From contig NZ_LN831024.1 of NCBI RefSeq assembly GCF_001457615.1, forward strand, positions 5,670,001 to 5,702,000: DNA of 32,000 bases, read 5' to 3'. This document shows, one piece after another, positions 8,416 to 17,499 of the stretch. Within the stretch, counting starts at the first letter, position 1, and every line of letters begins with the position of its first letter. This DNA comes from Pseudomonas aeruginosa. GTDB taxonomy: Bacteria; Pseudomonadota; Gammaproteobacteria; Pseudomonadales; Pseudomonadaceae. The translations under genes were made by a program, and so were the position numbers. The notes beneath the pieces were generated by a model that was not told where the DNA came from, did not search any database, and saw only the letters and a list, made by a program, of their open reading frames with translations.

Positions 8416-9479
8416 CGGAGGGTCTCCGGGGCCAGCAGCATGGCCTCCAGCTGGGTGGCCACGCGCTGGGGATTCAGCCGGGTGAAGCACAGCGGCTGCT
8501 CACGCTTGAGATCGAACAGTTTGCGATCCTCTTCGGTCGGCTGGTAGGTACAGGTCTTCTTCAGGCACGGCGCACAGGGGAAGTCGCTGCCCAGGTGGAC
8601 CTGGGAACGCCCGTAGGCGCCGGTGAAGCCAGGATTGGTCGGGCCGAACAGCGACAGCGTCGGCACGTCCAGCGCCGCCGCCAGGTGACCGAGGCCGGTA
8701 TCCACCGCCACGCAGGCGCGCGCGCCGGCAAGCACCTTGGCCATGCCGGCCAGGGATAATCTGGGGAGTACCGCGGCATTTTCCAACCCCGCCGCCAGGC
8801 GCCCGGCCCGCTCCCGCTCGGCGGCGCTGCCCCAGGGCAGGCGCACCGACCAGCCGCGCTCGCACATGCGCTCGGCCAGTTCGCGCCAGTAGGCTTCCGG
8901 CCAATGCTTGGTGTCCCAGGTAGTACCGTGCAGGAACACCAGGTACGGCGCGCCAGGGTCGGCGTCGGCCAACTGCTCGCGGTCCAGGCCATAGTCACCG
9001 ACCGACTCGGGCAACGGGTAGTCCAGCGCCTGGGCGAACAACTGGCGCGTGCGCTCCACCGCATGCTGTCCCCAGGCGACCGGATAGGCACGGCGATAGA
9101 AGCGGCTGGCGAGCGGCTCGCGCGCCGAGTCGCGATCGAGACCGGCGACCGGCGTCTTGCCCACGTAGCGGGTCAGCCAGGCACTCTTCAGCAGCCCCTG
9201 GGCGTCGATCACCAGGTCATAGTCGACTTCCTTCAGGCGCTGCTTGAAGCGCCGCCATTCGCCGTTGCGCAGGGTCTGCCAGAGGTTCTTTCGCCAGCGC
9301 CGGATCGCCACCGGGATCACCCGCGCCACCGCCGGATGCCAGGCGGGAATCTCGGCGAAACCTTCCTCCACCACCCAGTCGAACTGGATGCCGGGAATCG
9401 CCCGGGCGGCGTCGGTAAGCGCCGGCAGGGTGTGGATCACGTCGCCGAGGGACGAGGTCTTGACCAGCAGCACCCTCAT
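8412..9479 (-). CDS. waaC: ADP-heptose:LPS heptosyltransferase I WaaC (GT9)
   Basis: The track ORF 8412..9602 is trimmed to the ATG at 9479 (ATGA overlap with the waaF stop), giving 355 aa. The N-terminus MRVLLVKTSSLGDVIHTLPALTDA is typical of GT9. Confidence 0.9.
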   Translation of the reverse strand: MRVLLVKTSSLGDVIHTLPALTDAARAIPGIQFDWVVEEGFAEIPAWHPAVARVIPVAIRRWRKNLWQTLRNGEWRRFKQRLKEVDYDLVIDAQGLLKSAWLTRYVGKTPVAGLDRDSAREPLASRFYRRAYPVAWGQHAVERTRQLFAQALDYPLPESVGDYGLDREQLADADPGAPYLVFLHGTTWDTKHWPEAYWRELAERMCERGWSVRLPWGSAAERERAGRLAAGLENAAVLPRLSLAGMAKVLAGARACVAVDTGLGHLAAALDVPTLSLFGPTNPGFTGAYGRSQVHLGSDFPCAPCLKKTCTYQPTEEDRKLFDLKREQPLCFTRLNPQRVATQLEAMLLAPETLR

Positions 9480-10513
9480 CCGGCGACCTCGGCAGGGTCG
9501 CCGACCAGCCGCTCCAGGGCTTGCAATACCAGGCCAGGCGGCAGCTCGCGGAGGCAATTGTAGTGGCCGAAGCGACAGGTGCGCTCGAAGCACGGGCTGC
9601 ACTCGAGACCGAGGCGGACGATCTCCACCCGGTCCGCCAGCGGCGGGGTGAACTGCGGCGAGGTGGAGCCATAGACGCCCACCAGCGGGCGATCCAGCGC
9701 GGCCGCCACGTGCATCAGGCCGGAATCGTTGGACACCACCGCGCCAGCGCAGGACATCAGGTCGATGGCCTCGGCCAGCGAAGTCTCCCCGGCAAGATTG
9801 AAGGACTCCTCGCGCAACCCCGGAATCAGGCGCTGGCGAATCTCCTCTCCACCGGGATGGTCGTTCTTCGAGCCGAACAGCCAGACCTGCCAGCCGGCAC
9901 GGATCTTCGCCTCGGCGACCGCGGCGTAGTGTTCCGCCGGCCAGCGCTTGGCCTCGCCGAACTCGGCGCCGGGACAGAGCGCCAGCACCGGGCGGTCCAG
10001 GCTCAGGGCGAACTTGTCGAGCGCCGCCTGGCGGCTGCCGTCGTCGATCCGCAGGCGCGGCTGCGGATAGGGCTTCGGCAACTCCACGCCCGGCTCGAAG
10101 GCCAGGGCCATGAAGCGTTCGATCATCAGCGGATAGCGCTGCTTGTCGAGCTTGCGGATGTCATTGAGCAGCCCGTAGCGCATCTCGCCGCGCCAGCCGG
10201 TACGCTTCGGTATTCCGGCGAACCAGGGCACCAGCGCCGACTTCAGCGAGTTGGGCAGCAGGATCGCCTGCTCGTACTGACCGCGCAGGCCGCGTCCGAT
10301 CCGGCGCCGTGTGGCGACGTCCATCACCCCGTGGCCGAGCGGGAAGCTCAGGGCCTGGCGCACCTCGGGCATGCGCTCGAGGATCGGTCGGCTCCACTCG
10401 GGCGCCAGCACGTCGATCATGCACTCGGGATGCCGCTGGCGCAGACACTGGAACAGGGTCTGCGCCATCACCATGTCCCCCACCCAGGAGGGACCTACGA
10501 TCAGAATTCTCAT
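9476..10513 (-). CDS. waaF: ADP-heptose:LPS heptosyltransferase II WaaF (GT9)
   Basis: 345-aa ORF beginning MRILIVGPSWVGDMVMAQTLFQ. GGAG lies 5 nt upstream of the ATG at 10513. Confidence 0.9.
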   Translation of the reverse strand: MRILIVGPSWVGDMVMAQTLFQCLRQRHPECMIDVLAPEWSRPILERMPEVRQALSFPLGHGVMDVATRRRIGRGLRGQYEQAILLPNSLKSALVPWFAGIPKRTGWRGEMRYGLLNDIRKLDKQRYPLMIERFMALAFEPGVELPKPYPQPRLRIDDGSRQAALDKFALSLDRPVLALCPGAEFGEAKRWPAEHYAAVAEAKIRAGWQVWLFGSKNDHPGGEEIRQRLIPGLREESFNLAGETSLAEAIDLMSCAGAVVSNDSGLMHVAAALDRPLVGVYGSTSPQFTPPLADRVEIVRLGLECSPCFERTCRFGHYNCLRELPPGLVLQALERLVGDPAEVAG

Positions 10514-10531
10514 TCAGGCTCCGGAAATGAT

Positions 10532-10553
10532 CAGGGAGGCTTTCGCCTCCCTG
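10532..10553 (-). terminator. Stem-loop after ilvE (9-bp perfect stem, GAAA loop on the minus strand); weak or partial terminator ahead of waaF
   Basis: CAGGGAGGC/tttc/GCCTCCCTG. On the minus strand it is followed by atcatttcc, which is only a poor U-tract. It lies between the ilvE stop (10573) and the waaF RBS. Confidence 0.45.
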
Positions 10554-10572
10554 TCACACCCTTCTTCGGTGC

Positions 10573-11496
10573 TTACTTGACCAGGGTACGCCACTCGGCG
10601 TGGGCCTCGGTCTTGCCGCTGACCAGGTCGAAATAGGCTTTCTGCAGCTTTTCGGTGACCGGGCCACGGCGGCCGGCGCCGATCTTGCGACCGTCCACTT
10701 CGCGGATCGGCGTGACTTCCGCGGCAGTGCCAGTGAAGAAGGCCTCGTCGGCGATGTACACCTCGTCGCGGGTGATGCGCTTCTCGACCAGTTTAAAACC
10801 GTGTTCGGCGGCCAGGGTCAGGATAGTGTTACGAGTGATGCCGTTCAGGCAGGCGGTGACTTCCGGGGTGTAGATCACGCCATCCTTGATGATGAAGATG
10901 TTCTCGCCGGAGCCTTCGGCCACGTAGCCTTCCGGATCGAGCATCATGGCCTCGTCGGCGCCGCCGGAGATCGCTTCCTGGAGGGCCAGCATCGAGTTGA
11001 TGTAGGCGCCGTTGGACTTGGCGCGGGTCATCGAGATGTTGACGTGGTGGCGGGTGAAGGAACTGGTGCGCACCTTGATGCCTTGCTGCAGGGCTTCCTC
11101 GCCCATGTAGGCGCCCCAGCTCCAGGCGGCGATGATCACATGGACCTTCAGGCCGCTGGCGCGCAGGCCCATGCCTTCGCTTCCGTAGAACACCATCGGG
11201 CGGATATAGGCGCTTTCCAGGTTGTTCTCGCGCACGGCGGCGCGGGTCGCCTCGTTGATCTCGTCGCGGCTGTACGGGATCTGCATGTTCATGATGTGCG
11301 CGGAGTCGAACAGCCGGTCGGTATGCGCCTGCAGGCGGAAGATCGCCGTGCCCTGCGGGGTGTCGTAGGCGCGCACGCCCTCGAACACGCCCATTCCATA
11401 GTGCAGGGTATGGGTCAGCACGTGCGTGGTCGCGTCGCGCCACTGCACCAGTTCACCGTCATACCAGATCACGCCATCACGATCGGCCATCGACAT
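10573..11496 (-). CDS. ilvE: Branched-chain amino acid aminotransferase (class IV PLP enzyme)
   Basis: 307-aa ORF. The PLP-lysine region TRAKSNGAYINSMLALQEA matches the IlvE pattern. GGAG lies 9 nt upstream of the ATG. Confidence 0.92.
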   Translation of the reverse strand: MSMADRDGVIWYDGELVQWRDATTHVLTHTLHYGMGVFEGVRAYDTPQGTAIFRLQAHTDRLFDSAHIMNMQIPYSRDEINEATRAAVRENNLESAYIRPMVFYGSEGMGLRASGLKVHVIIAAWSWGAYMGEEALQQGIKVRTSSFTRHHVNISMTRAKSNGAYINSMLALQEAISGGADEAMMLDPEGYVAEGSGENIFIIKDGVIYTPEVTACLNGITRNTILTLAAEHGFKLVEKRITRDEVYIADEAFFTGTAAEVTPIREVDGRKIGAGRRGPVTEKLQKAYFDLVSGKTEAHAEWRTLVK

Positions 11497-11551
11497 AGTT
11501 GCCAGCTCCTTCAGATATTCGTTACGTACTTGCGTTACGTGCCTGAGTGGA

Positions 11552-14500
11552 TCAGCCGAGCCGCAGCTCGCGCCAGATCCTGATCACTTCTCGCCGCTCC
11601 GTCTGGAAGTGCTCGCCGCTCACGACCCCGGCCTCCTTCTGTAGTGCCAGGCGGTGTGCGGCTGCGCGATAGGCCTTGTAGGCCTCCTGCAGGAGACGGA
11701 CGTCCTCGCTGGCGATCAGGCCAGCCCGTTCCAGTCCTTCCAGAATGCGGATGTTATCGGTGAATTCGAGCAGCGCCGGGTGTTCTCCGGACCAAGCTAG
11801 AACCGCATATTGCACCATAAATTCGATATCGACGATACCACCGGCATCGTGCTTGAGATCGAAGGCTGCCGTGGCCTCGAAGGCATTCGAGGCGGTACCG
11901 GCGGCGGTCGCGCGGGTTCCCAGGTTGTCGCGCATCTTGGCGCGCATTTCGCTGACTTCGGTGCGCAACGCGTCGAGATCGCGCGGCCTCGCCAGCACCT
12001 CGGCACGTACCGCCTCGAAGCTCGCCTGCACCCGCCGGCAACCGGCCAGCACCCGGGCGCGGACCAACGCCTGGTGCTCCCAGGTCCAGGCCTCCTGCTC
12101 CTGGTAGCGCTGGAAGGCGCCCAGCGAACTCACCAGCAGGCCGGCCGCGCCGCTCGGACGCAGGCGCATGTCGACCTCGTAGAGGGTGCCGGATGGCGTC
12201 TGCGCGGTGAGGAAATGGATGATCTTCTGCCCCAGGCGGGTAAAGAACTGCGCGCCATCGATGGATTTGCCGCCATCGGTCTCGCACTGGGGGTCGCCGT
12301 CATGGATGAACACCAGGTCGAGGTCCGAGCCATGGCCGAACTCCAGCCCGCCGACCTTGCCGTAGCCGACGATGACGAAGTCCGGATCGCACGGCGTGCC
12401 GTCGGCGCGCAACGGCCGGCCATGACGCTGCACCAACTGCCGCCAGGCCAGTTCGAGGACCTCGACGAGGATCGCCTCGGCCAGCCAGGTCAGGTAGTCG
12501 CTGACCTTCATCAACGGCAGCGTGCCGGCGATCTCCGAGGCCGCCACCCGCAGCCCGTGGGCCAGCTTGAAGTGACGAAGGGTCTCCATTTGCTGCTCGA
12601 GGTCGTCCTCGGGAATCCGCATCAGCCGTTCGCGCAGCTCGGCGGCCAGCTCGGCGGCCTGTGGAGGACGGAACAGGCGCCCCTCGTTGAGCAGCTCGTC
12701 GAGCAGAATCGGGAACCGCGCGATCTGCTCGGCAACCATCGGGCTGGCCGCGCAGAGGGTCAGCAGGCGCTCCAGCGCGCCGGGGTTCTCGGTCAGCAAC
12801 ACCAGGTAGGCGGAACGCCGCGCCACCGCTTCCACCAGCGGCAGGACCCGCTCCAGCACCAGGTCCGGCTGGGGGTTTTCCACGGTCATCGCCAGCAGGC
12901 GCGGAACGAAGGCATCCAGGCGCTCCCGGCCGAGACGCTGCATCGCTCGTACCTGGGGGCCGTGGCGCAGATCGCTGAGACGCTTCCAGGCCGCCTCGGC
13001 ATCGACGAAGCCGGCGTCGGCCAGTTGCCGGCTGGCCGACTCCTCGTCCAGCGCCTCCTCCCACAGCGGGATCCACTCGGCGCCGACGCTGCCGCAGGCC
13101 GCCTCGCCGCTTTCGTCCTCGTCCGGGTCGGCGATCACCTGGCGGAAGTGCCAGTCGATGCGCGCCCGCCAGTGGCTCAGGCGCTCGTGGAATGCGGCCC
13201 AACTGGCGAAGCCCATGATGAAGGCCACGCGGATGCGGTCGTATTCGTCGCTGGGCAGCATTTGCGTCTGCCGGTCGGCCAGCGCCTGGATGGCATGCTC
13301 GGCGTAGCGCAGGAACTCGTAGCCGCCGCGCAGCTCCTCGACCACCGCCGGCGGCAGGTAGCCCTGCCCCTCCAGGGTCGCCAGCACCTTCAGCAGCGGC
13401 CGTTGCTGCAAGCTCAGGTCGCGCCCGCCATGGATCAACTGGAAGGCCTGGGCGATGAACTCCACCTCGCGGATACCGCCTTCGCCCAGCTTGATGTTTT
13501 CCGACATCCCCTTGCGCCGGACCTCCTGCTGGATCAGCTGCTTCATGGTGCGCAGCGCCTCGATGGCGGAAAAGTCCAGGTAGCGCCGATAGACGAACGG
13601 CCGCAGCATGCCGAGCAGTTGCTCGCCTGCCTGCTGGTCGCCGCCGACCACCCGCGCCTTGATCATCGCGTAGCGCTCCCAGTCGCGCCCCTGGTCCTGG
13701 TAGTACTGCTCCAGCGCGGCGAAGCTGTAGACCAGCGGTCCGCTGGAGCCGTAGGGACGCAGGCGCATGTCGACGCGGAAGACGAAGCCGTCGACGGTGA
13801 TCGCATCCAGCGCCTTGATCAGCTTCTGCCCCAGGCGGGTGAAGAACTCCTGGTTGTCCAGCGAACGCTTCGCCCCCTCGGTCTCGCCGCCCTCCGGGTA
13901 ACCGAAGATCAGGTCGATGTCCGACGACAGGTTGAGTTCCACCGCGCCCAGCTTGCCCATGCCGAGGACCACCATCCGCTGCGGTTCGCCGGAGCGCCGG
14001 CCGATCGGCGTGCCGAACTGCTCGCACTGGCGCCGATGGAGCCACTCGCAAGCCAGGTCGATGCAGGCGTCGGCCAGGGCCGACAGGTCGCGACAGGTTT
14101 CCGCCAGCGCGGCGCGGCGGGTCAGGTCGCGCCAGATGATGCGCAGTTGCTGGCGTGTGCGGAAACGTCGCAGGCGCCGACCGAGTTCGTCCTCGTCGGC
14201 GCAATCCTCCAGCCGCGCCTGCAACTGACTGCGCAGTTCGCCGGGCGCGTGGGGGTTCTCCAGCTCGCCGCGTTCGGCCAGTTCCAGCAGCATCGCCGGG
14301 TCGCGCACTGCCTGCTCGGCGACGAAATCGCTGGCCGCGGCGACCCGTCGGAAATCCTCCAGGCGCTCCTCGGGCCAGGCCTCCAGGCGGGCCAGGGCGG
14401 CGGCATCGAGGGCGGCGACAGCGGAGCGGAGGGCAGTCCCGGCGCGTTCGGCGGCGGGCAGCAGGGTGGCCGGCAGATTCGCCAGCGAAGGCAGGCTCAT
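11552..14500 (-). CDS. glnE: Bifunctional glutamine synthetase adenylyltransferase / adenylyl-removing enzyme
   Basis: 982-aa ORF with two nucleotidyltransferase cores (GKLGAVELNLSSDIDLIF and GKVGGLEFGHGSDLDLVF). AGGA lies 6 nt upstream of the ATG. Confidence 0.92.
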   Translation of the reverse strand: MSLPSLANLPATLLPAAERAGTALRSAVAALDAAALARLEAWPEERLEDFRRVAAASDFVAEQAVRDPAMLLELAERGELENPHAPGELRSQLQARLEDCADEDELGRRLRRFRTRQQLRIIWRDLTRRAALAETCRDLSALADACIDLACEWLHRRQCEQFGTPIGRRSGEPQRMVVLGMGKLGAVELNLSSDIDLIFGYPEGGETEGAKRSLDNQEFFTRLGQKLIKALDAITVDGFVFRVDMRLRPYGSSGPLVYSFAALEQYYQDQGRDWERYAMIKARVVGGDQQAGEQLLGMLRPFVYRRYLDFSAIEALRTMKQLIQQEVRRKGMSENIKLGEGGIREVEFIAQAFQLIHGGRDLSLQQRPLLKVLATLEGQGYLPPAVVEELRGGYEFLRYAEHAIQALADRQTQMLPSDEYDRIRVAFIMGFASWAAFHERLSHWRARIDWHFRQVIADPDEDESGEAACGSVGAEWIPLWEEALDEESASRQLADAGFVDAEAAWKRLSDLRHGPQVRAMQRLGRERLDAFVPRLLAMTVENPQPDLVLERVLPLVEAVARRSAYLVLLTENPGALERLLTLCAASPMVAEQIARFPILLDELLNEGRLFRPPQAAELAAELRERLMRIPEDDLEQQMETLRHFKLAHGLRVAASEIAGTLPLMKVSDYLTWLAEAILVEVLELAWRQLVQRHGRPLRADGTPCDPDFVIVGYGKVGGLEFGHGSDLDLVFIHDGDPQCETDGGKSIDGAQFFTRLGQKIIHFLTAQTPSGTLYEVDMRLRPSGAAGLLVSSLGAFQRYQEQEAWTWEHQALVRARVLAGCRRVQASFEAVRAEVLARPRDLDALRTEVSEMRAKMRDNLGTRATAAGTASNAFEATAAFDLKHDAGGIVDIEFMVQYAVLAWSGEHPALLEFTDNIRILEGLERAGLIASEDVRLLQEAYKAYRAAAHRLALQKEAGVVSGEHFQTERREVIRIWRELRLG

Positions 14501-14601
14501 GGTCTATCCTGTTTGGGCTTCCGACCGAAGACCACAGGCTCGACGCACAACGTCGAAAAGGCTCTACATCGGGCCTTATAGCCTGACAGCGACAATCGAA
14601 A

Positions 14602-14616
14602 TGTAGTTTTACTACT
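14602..14616. promoter_or_regulatory. Operator-like palindrome 1 upstream of aceE (TGTAGT-TTT-ACTACt)
   Basis: 6-3-6 inverted repeat with one mismatch at the outer base. It sits in an AT-rich patch of the glnE/aceE divergent intergenic region. Confidence 0.4.
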
Positions 14617-14653
14617 AAAAATTGTATCCAGAGGGCTGTTTCTCAGACTGATC

Positions 14654-14668
14654 TGTAGTAAAACTACA
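14654..14668. promoter_or_regulatory. Operator-like palindrome 2 upstream of aceE (TGTAGT-AAA-ACTACA)
   Basis: Perfect 6-3-6 inverted repeat. Its centre is 52 bp from the centre of palindrome 1. Confidence 0.4.
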
Positions 14669-14781
14669 AGTCGCCGGGTACACCCCCGGAGAACATCCAA
14701 GAATTAGCTGCGGTCGCCCACGAGGCCGGCCGCTCACCTATGGCATCCGATTCTGGAAGCCTTTCCGCCCTGGAGCAAGCC

Positions 14782-17430
14782 ATGCAAGACCTCGATCCCG
14801 TCGAAACCCAGGAATGGCTGGACGCCCTGGAGTCCGTACTCGACCGCGAAGGTGAAGACCGCGCTCATTACCTGATGACCCGCATGGGCGAGCTGGCCAG
14901 CCGTAGCGGCACCCAACTGCCCTACGCGATCACCACGCCCTATCGCAACACCATTCCGGTAACCCACGAAGCACGCATGCCCGGCGACCTGTTCATGGAA
15001 CGCCGGATCCGCTCCCTGGTGCGCTGGAACGCCCTGGCGATGGTGATGCGGGCGAACAAGCACGACCCGGACCTGGGCGGCCACATCTCCACCTTCGCCT
15101 CCTCGGCGACCCTCTACGACATCGGCTTCAACTATTTCTTCCAGGCTCCCACCGACGAACACGGCGGCGACCTGGTGTTCTTCCAGGGCCACGCGTCCCC
15201 CGGCGTCTACGCCCGGGCCTTCCTCGAAGGCCGCATCAGCGAGGAACAACTGGAGAACTTCCGCCAGGAAGTGGACGGCAACGGCCTGTCCTCCTATCCG
15301 CACCCCTGGCTGATGCCAGACTTCTGGCAGTTCCCCACCGTATCCATGGGCCTTGGCCCGATCCAGGCGATCTACCAGGCACGTTTCATGAAGTACCTGG
15401 AAAGCCGCGGCTTCATCCCCGCCGGCAAGCAGAAGGTCTGGTGCTTCATGGGCGACGGCGAGTGCGACGAGCCGGAATCCCTCGGCGCGATCTCCCTGGC
15501 CGGCCGCGAGAAACTCGACAACCTGATCTTCGTCATCAACTGCAACCTGCAGCGCCTCGACGGCCCGGTCCGCGGCAACGCCAAGATCATCCAGGAGCTG
15601 GAAGGCGTGTTCCGCGGCGCCGAGTGGAACGTCAACAAGGTCATCTGGGGTCGCTTCTGGGACCCGCTGTTCGCCAAGGACACCGCCGGCCTGCTGCAAC
15701 AGCGCATGGACGAGGTCATCGACGGCGAATACCAGAACTACAAGGCGAAAGACGGCGCCTACGTGCGCGAGCACTTCTTCGGCGCGCGTCCGGAACTGCT
15801 GGAAATGGTCAAGGACCTTTCCGACGAGGAAATCTGGAAGCTCAACCGCGGCGGCCACGACCCCTACAAGGTCTATGCGGCCTACCACCAGGCGGTCAAC
15901 CACAAGGGCCAGCCGACCGTCATCCTGGCCAAGACCATCAAGGGCTACGGCACCGGCAGCGGCGAAGCGAAGAACATCGCGCACAACGTGAAGAAGGTCG
16001 ACGTCGACAGCCTGCGCGCGTTCCGCGACAAGTTCGACATCCCGGTCAAGGACGCCGACCTGGAGAAGCTGCCGTTCTACAAGCCTGAAGAAGGCAGCGC
16101 CGAGGCCAAGTACCTGGCCGAGCGCCGCGCCGCGCTGGGCGGCTTCATGCCGGTGCGCCGGCAGAAGAGCATGAGCGTGCCGGTTCCGCCGCTGGAAACC
16201 CTGAAGGCCATGCTCGACGGCTCCGGCGATCGCGAGATCTCCACCACCATGGCCTTCGTGCGGATCATCTCGCAGTTGGTCAAGGACAAGGAACTCGGCC
16301 CGCGCATCGTCCCGATCGTCCCGGACGAGGCCCGTACCTTCGGCATGGAAGGCATGTTCCGCCAGCTCGGCATCTACTCCTCGGTCGGCCAGCTCTACGA
16401 GCCGGTGGACAAGGACCAGGTGATGTTCTACCGCGAGGACAAGAAGGGCCAGATCCTCGAGGAAGGCATCAACGAGGCCGGCGCCATGTCCAGCTGGATT
16501 GCCGCCGGTACCTCCTACAGCACCCACAACCAGCCGATGCTGCCGTTCTACATCTTCTATTCGATGTTCGGCTTCCAGCGCATCGGCGACCTGGCCTGGG
16601 CCGCCGGCGACAGCCGCGCGCACGGCTTCCTGATCGGCGGCACCGCCGGTCGCACCACGCTGAACGGCGAAGGCCTGCAGCACGAGGACGGCCACAGCCA
16701 CCTGCTGGCCTCGACCATCCCGAACTGCCGCACCTACGATCCGACCTACGCCTACGAACTGGCGGTGATCATCCGCGAAGGCTCGCGGCAGATGATCGAA
16801 GAGCAGCAGGACATCTTCTACTACATCACCGTGATGAACGAGAACTACGTCCAGCCGGCCATGCCGAAGGGCGCAGAGGAAGGCATCATCAAGGGCATGT
16901 ACCTCCTCGAGGAGGACAAGAAGGAAGCCGCTCACCACGTGCAACTGCTGGGCTCCGGCACCATCCTGCGCGAAGTCGAGGAAGCGGCCAAGCTGCTGCG
17001 CAACGACTTCGGTATCGGCGCCGACGTCTGGAGCGTGCCGAGCTTCAACGAGCTGCGTCGCGACGGCCTTGCCGTCGAGCGCTGGAACCGCCTGCATCCG
17101 GGCCAGAAGCCGAAGCAGAGCTACGTCGAGGAGTGCCTGGGCGGCCGTCGCGGCCCGGTGATCGCCTCCACCGACTACATGAAGCTCTACGCCGAGCAGA
17201 TCCGCCAGTGGGTTCCCTCCAAGGAGTACAAGGTGCTCGGCACCGACGGCTTCGGCCGCAGCGACAGCCGCAAGAAGCTGCGCAACTTCTTCGAAGTGGA
17301 TCGTCACTGGGTGGTGCTGGCCGCGCTCGAAGCGCTGGCCGATCGCGGCGATATCGAGCCGAAAGTGGTGGCCGAGGCCATCGCCAAGTACGGTATCGAT
17401 CCGGAGAAGCGCAACCCGCTGGATTGCTAA
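14782..17430 (+). CDS. aceE: Pyruvate dehydrogenase E1 component (ThDP-dependent)
   Basis: The ThDP-binding motif is GDGECDEPESLGAISLAGREKLDNLIFVINCNLQRLDG. The track starts at 14740. I prefer the in-frame ATG at 14782 because GGAG sits 6 nt upstream, while 14740 has no SD. That gives 882 aa. The start remains ambiguous. Confidence 0.9.
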   Translation: MQDLDPVETQEWLDALESVLDREGEDRAHYLMTRMGELASRSGTQLPYAITTPYRNTIPVTHEARMPGDLFMERRIRSLVRWNALAMVMRANKHDPDLGGHISTFASSATLYDIGFNYFFQAPTDEHGGDLVFFQGHASPGVYARAFLEGRISEEQLENFRQEVDGNGLSSYPHPWLMPDFWQFPTVSMGLGPIQAIYQARFMKYLESRGFIPAGKQKVWCFMGDGECDEPESLGAISLAGREKLDNLIFVINCNLQRLDGPVRGNAKIIQELEGVFRGAEWNVNKVIWGRFWDPLFAKDTAGLLQQRMDEVIDGEYQNYKAKDGAYVREHFFGARPELLEMVKDLSDEEIWKLNRGGHDPYKVYAAYHQAVNHKGQPTVILAKTIKGYGTGSGEAKNIAHNVKKVDVDSLRAFRDKFDIPVKDADLEKLPFYKPEEGSAEAKYLAERRAALGGFMPVRRQKSMSVPVPPLETLKAMLDGSGDREISTTMAFVRIISQLVKDKELGPRIVPIVPDEARTFGMEGMFRQLGIYSSVGQLYEPVDKDQVMFYREDKKGQILEEGINEAGAMSSWIAAGTSYSTHNQPMLPFYIFYSMFGFQRIGDLAWAAGDSRAHGFLIGGTAGRTTLNGEGLQHEDGHSHLLASTIPNCRTYDPTYAYELAVIIREGSRQMIEEQQDIFYYITVMNENYVQPAMPKGAEEGIIKGMYLLEEDKKEAAHHVQLLGSGTILREVEEAAKLLRNDFGIGADVWSVPSFNELRRDGLAVERWNRLHPGQKPKQSYVEECLGGRRGPVIASTDYMKLYAEQIRQWVPSKEYKVLGTDGFGRSDSRKKLRNFFEVDRHWVVLAALEALADRGDIEPKVVAEAIAKYGIDPEKRNPLDC

Positions 17431-17443
17431 TTCGCTCCATACT

Positions 17444-17461
17444 CCCCTCGGCAGCGAGGGG
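17444..17461 (+). other. Intercistronic stem-loop 1 (7-bp stem CCCCTCG/gcag/CGAGGGG)
   Basis: Read directly. It begins 14 nt after the aceE stop and is followed by ttt. Confidence 0.5.
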
Positions 17462-17471
17462 TTTCGAGCAC

Positions 17472-17499
17472 GCCGGCGCCGCCAACGGGCGGCGCCGGC
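17472..17499 (+). other. Intercistronic stem-loop 2 (12-bp perfect all-GC stem GCCGGCGCCGCC/aacg/GGCGGCGCCGGC)
   Basis: Read directly. No U-tract follows it. Confidence 0.55.

Noticed and set aside
3527-9602. N-terminal extensions of track ORFs 3527..5689, 5002..6012, 6491..8338, 7294..8490 and 8412..9602 (and likewise 23079..24098)
   Set aside because: The extensions overlap the upstream gene in another frame, are Pro/Arg/Gly-rich, and precede an internal ATG that forms an ATGA or TGATG junction where homology to the known protein begins. I used the internal starts instead.
11810-14581. 923-aa ORF on the plus strand across glnE
   Set aside because: It is antisense to glnE, which has two clear nucleotidyltransferase cores. 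The ORF has no domain-like sequence and its composition looks off-frame.
14734-17307. 857-aa ORF on the minus strand across the aceE locus
   Set aside because: It is exactly antisense to the unmistakable aceE frame. Its composition (A/G/V/D/L/H/Q-rich, repetitive) is typical of stop-free antisense frames in high-GC DNA. It has no recognisable motifs or RBS.
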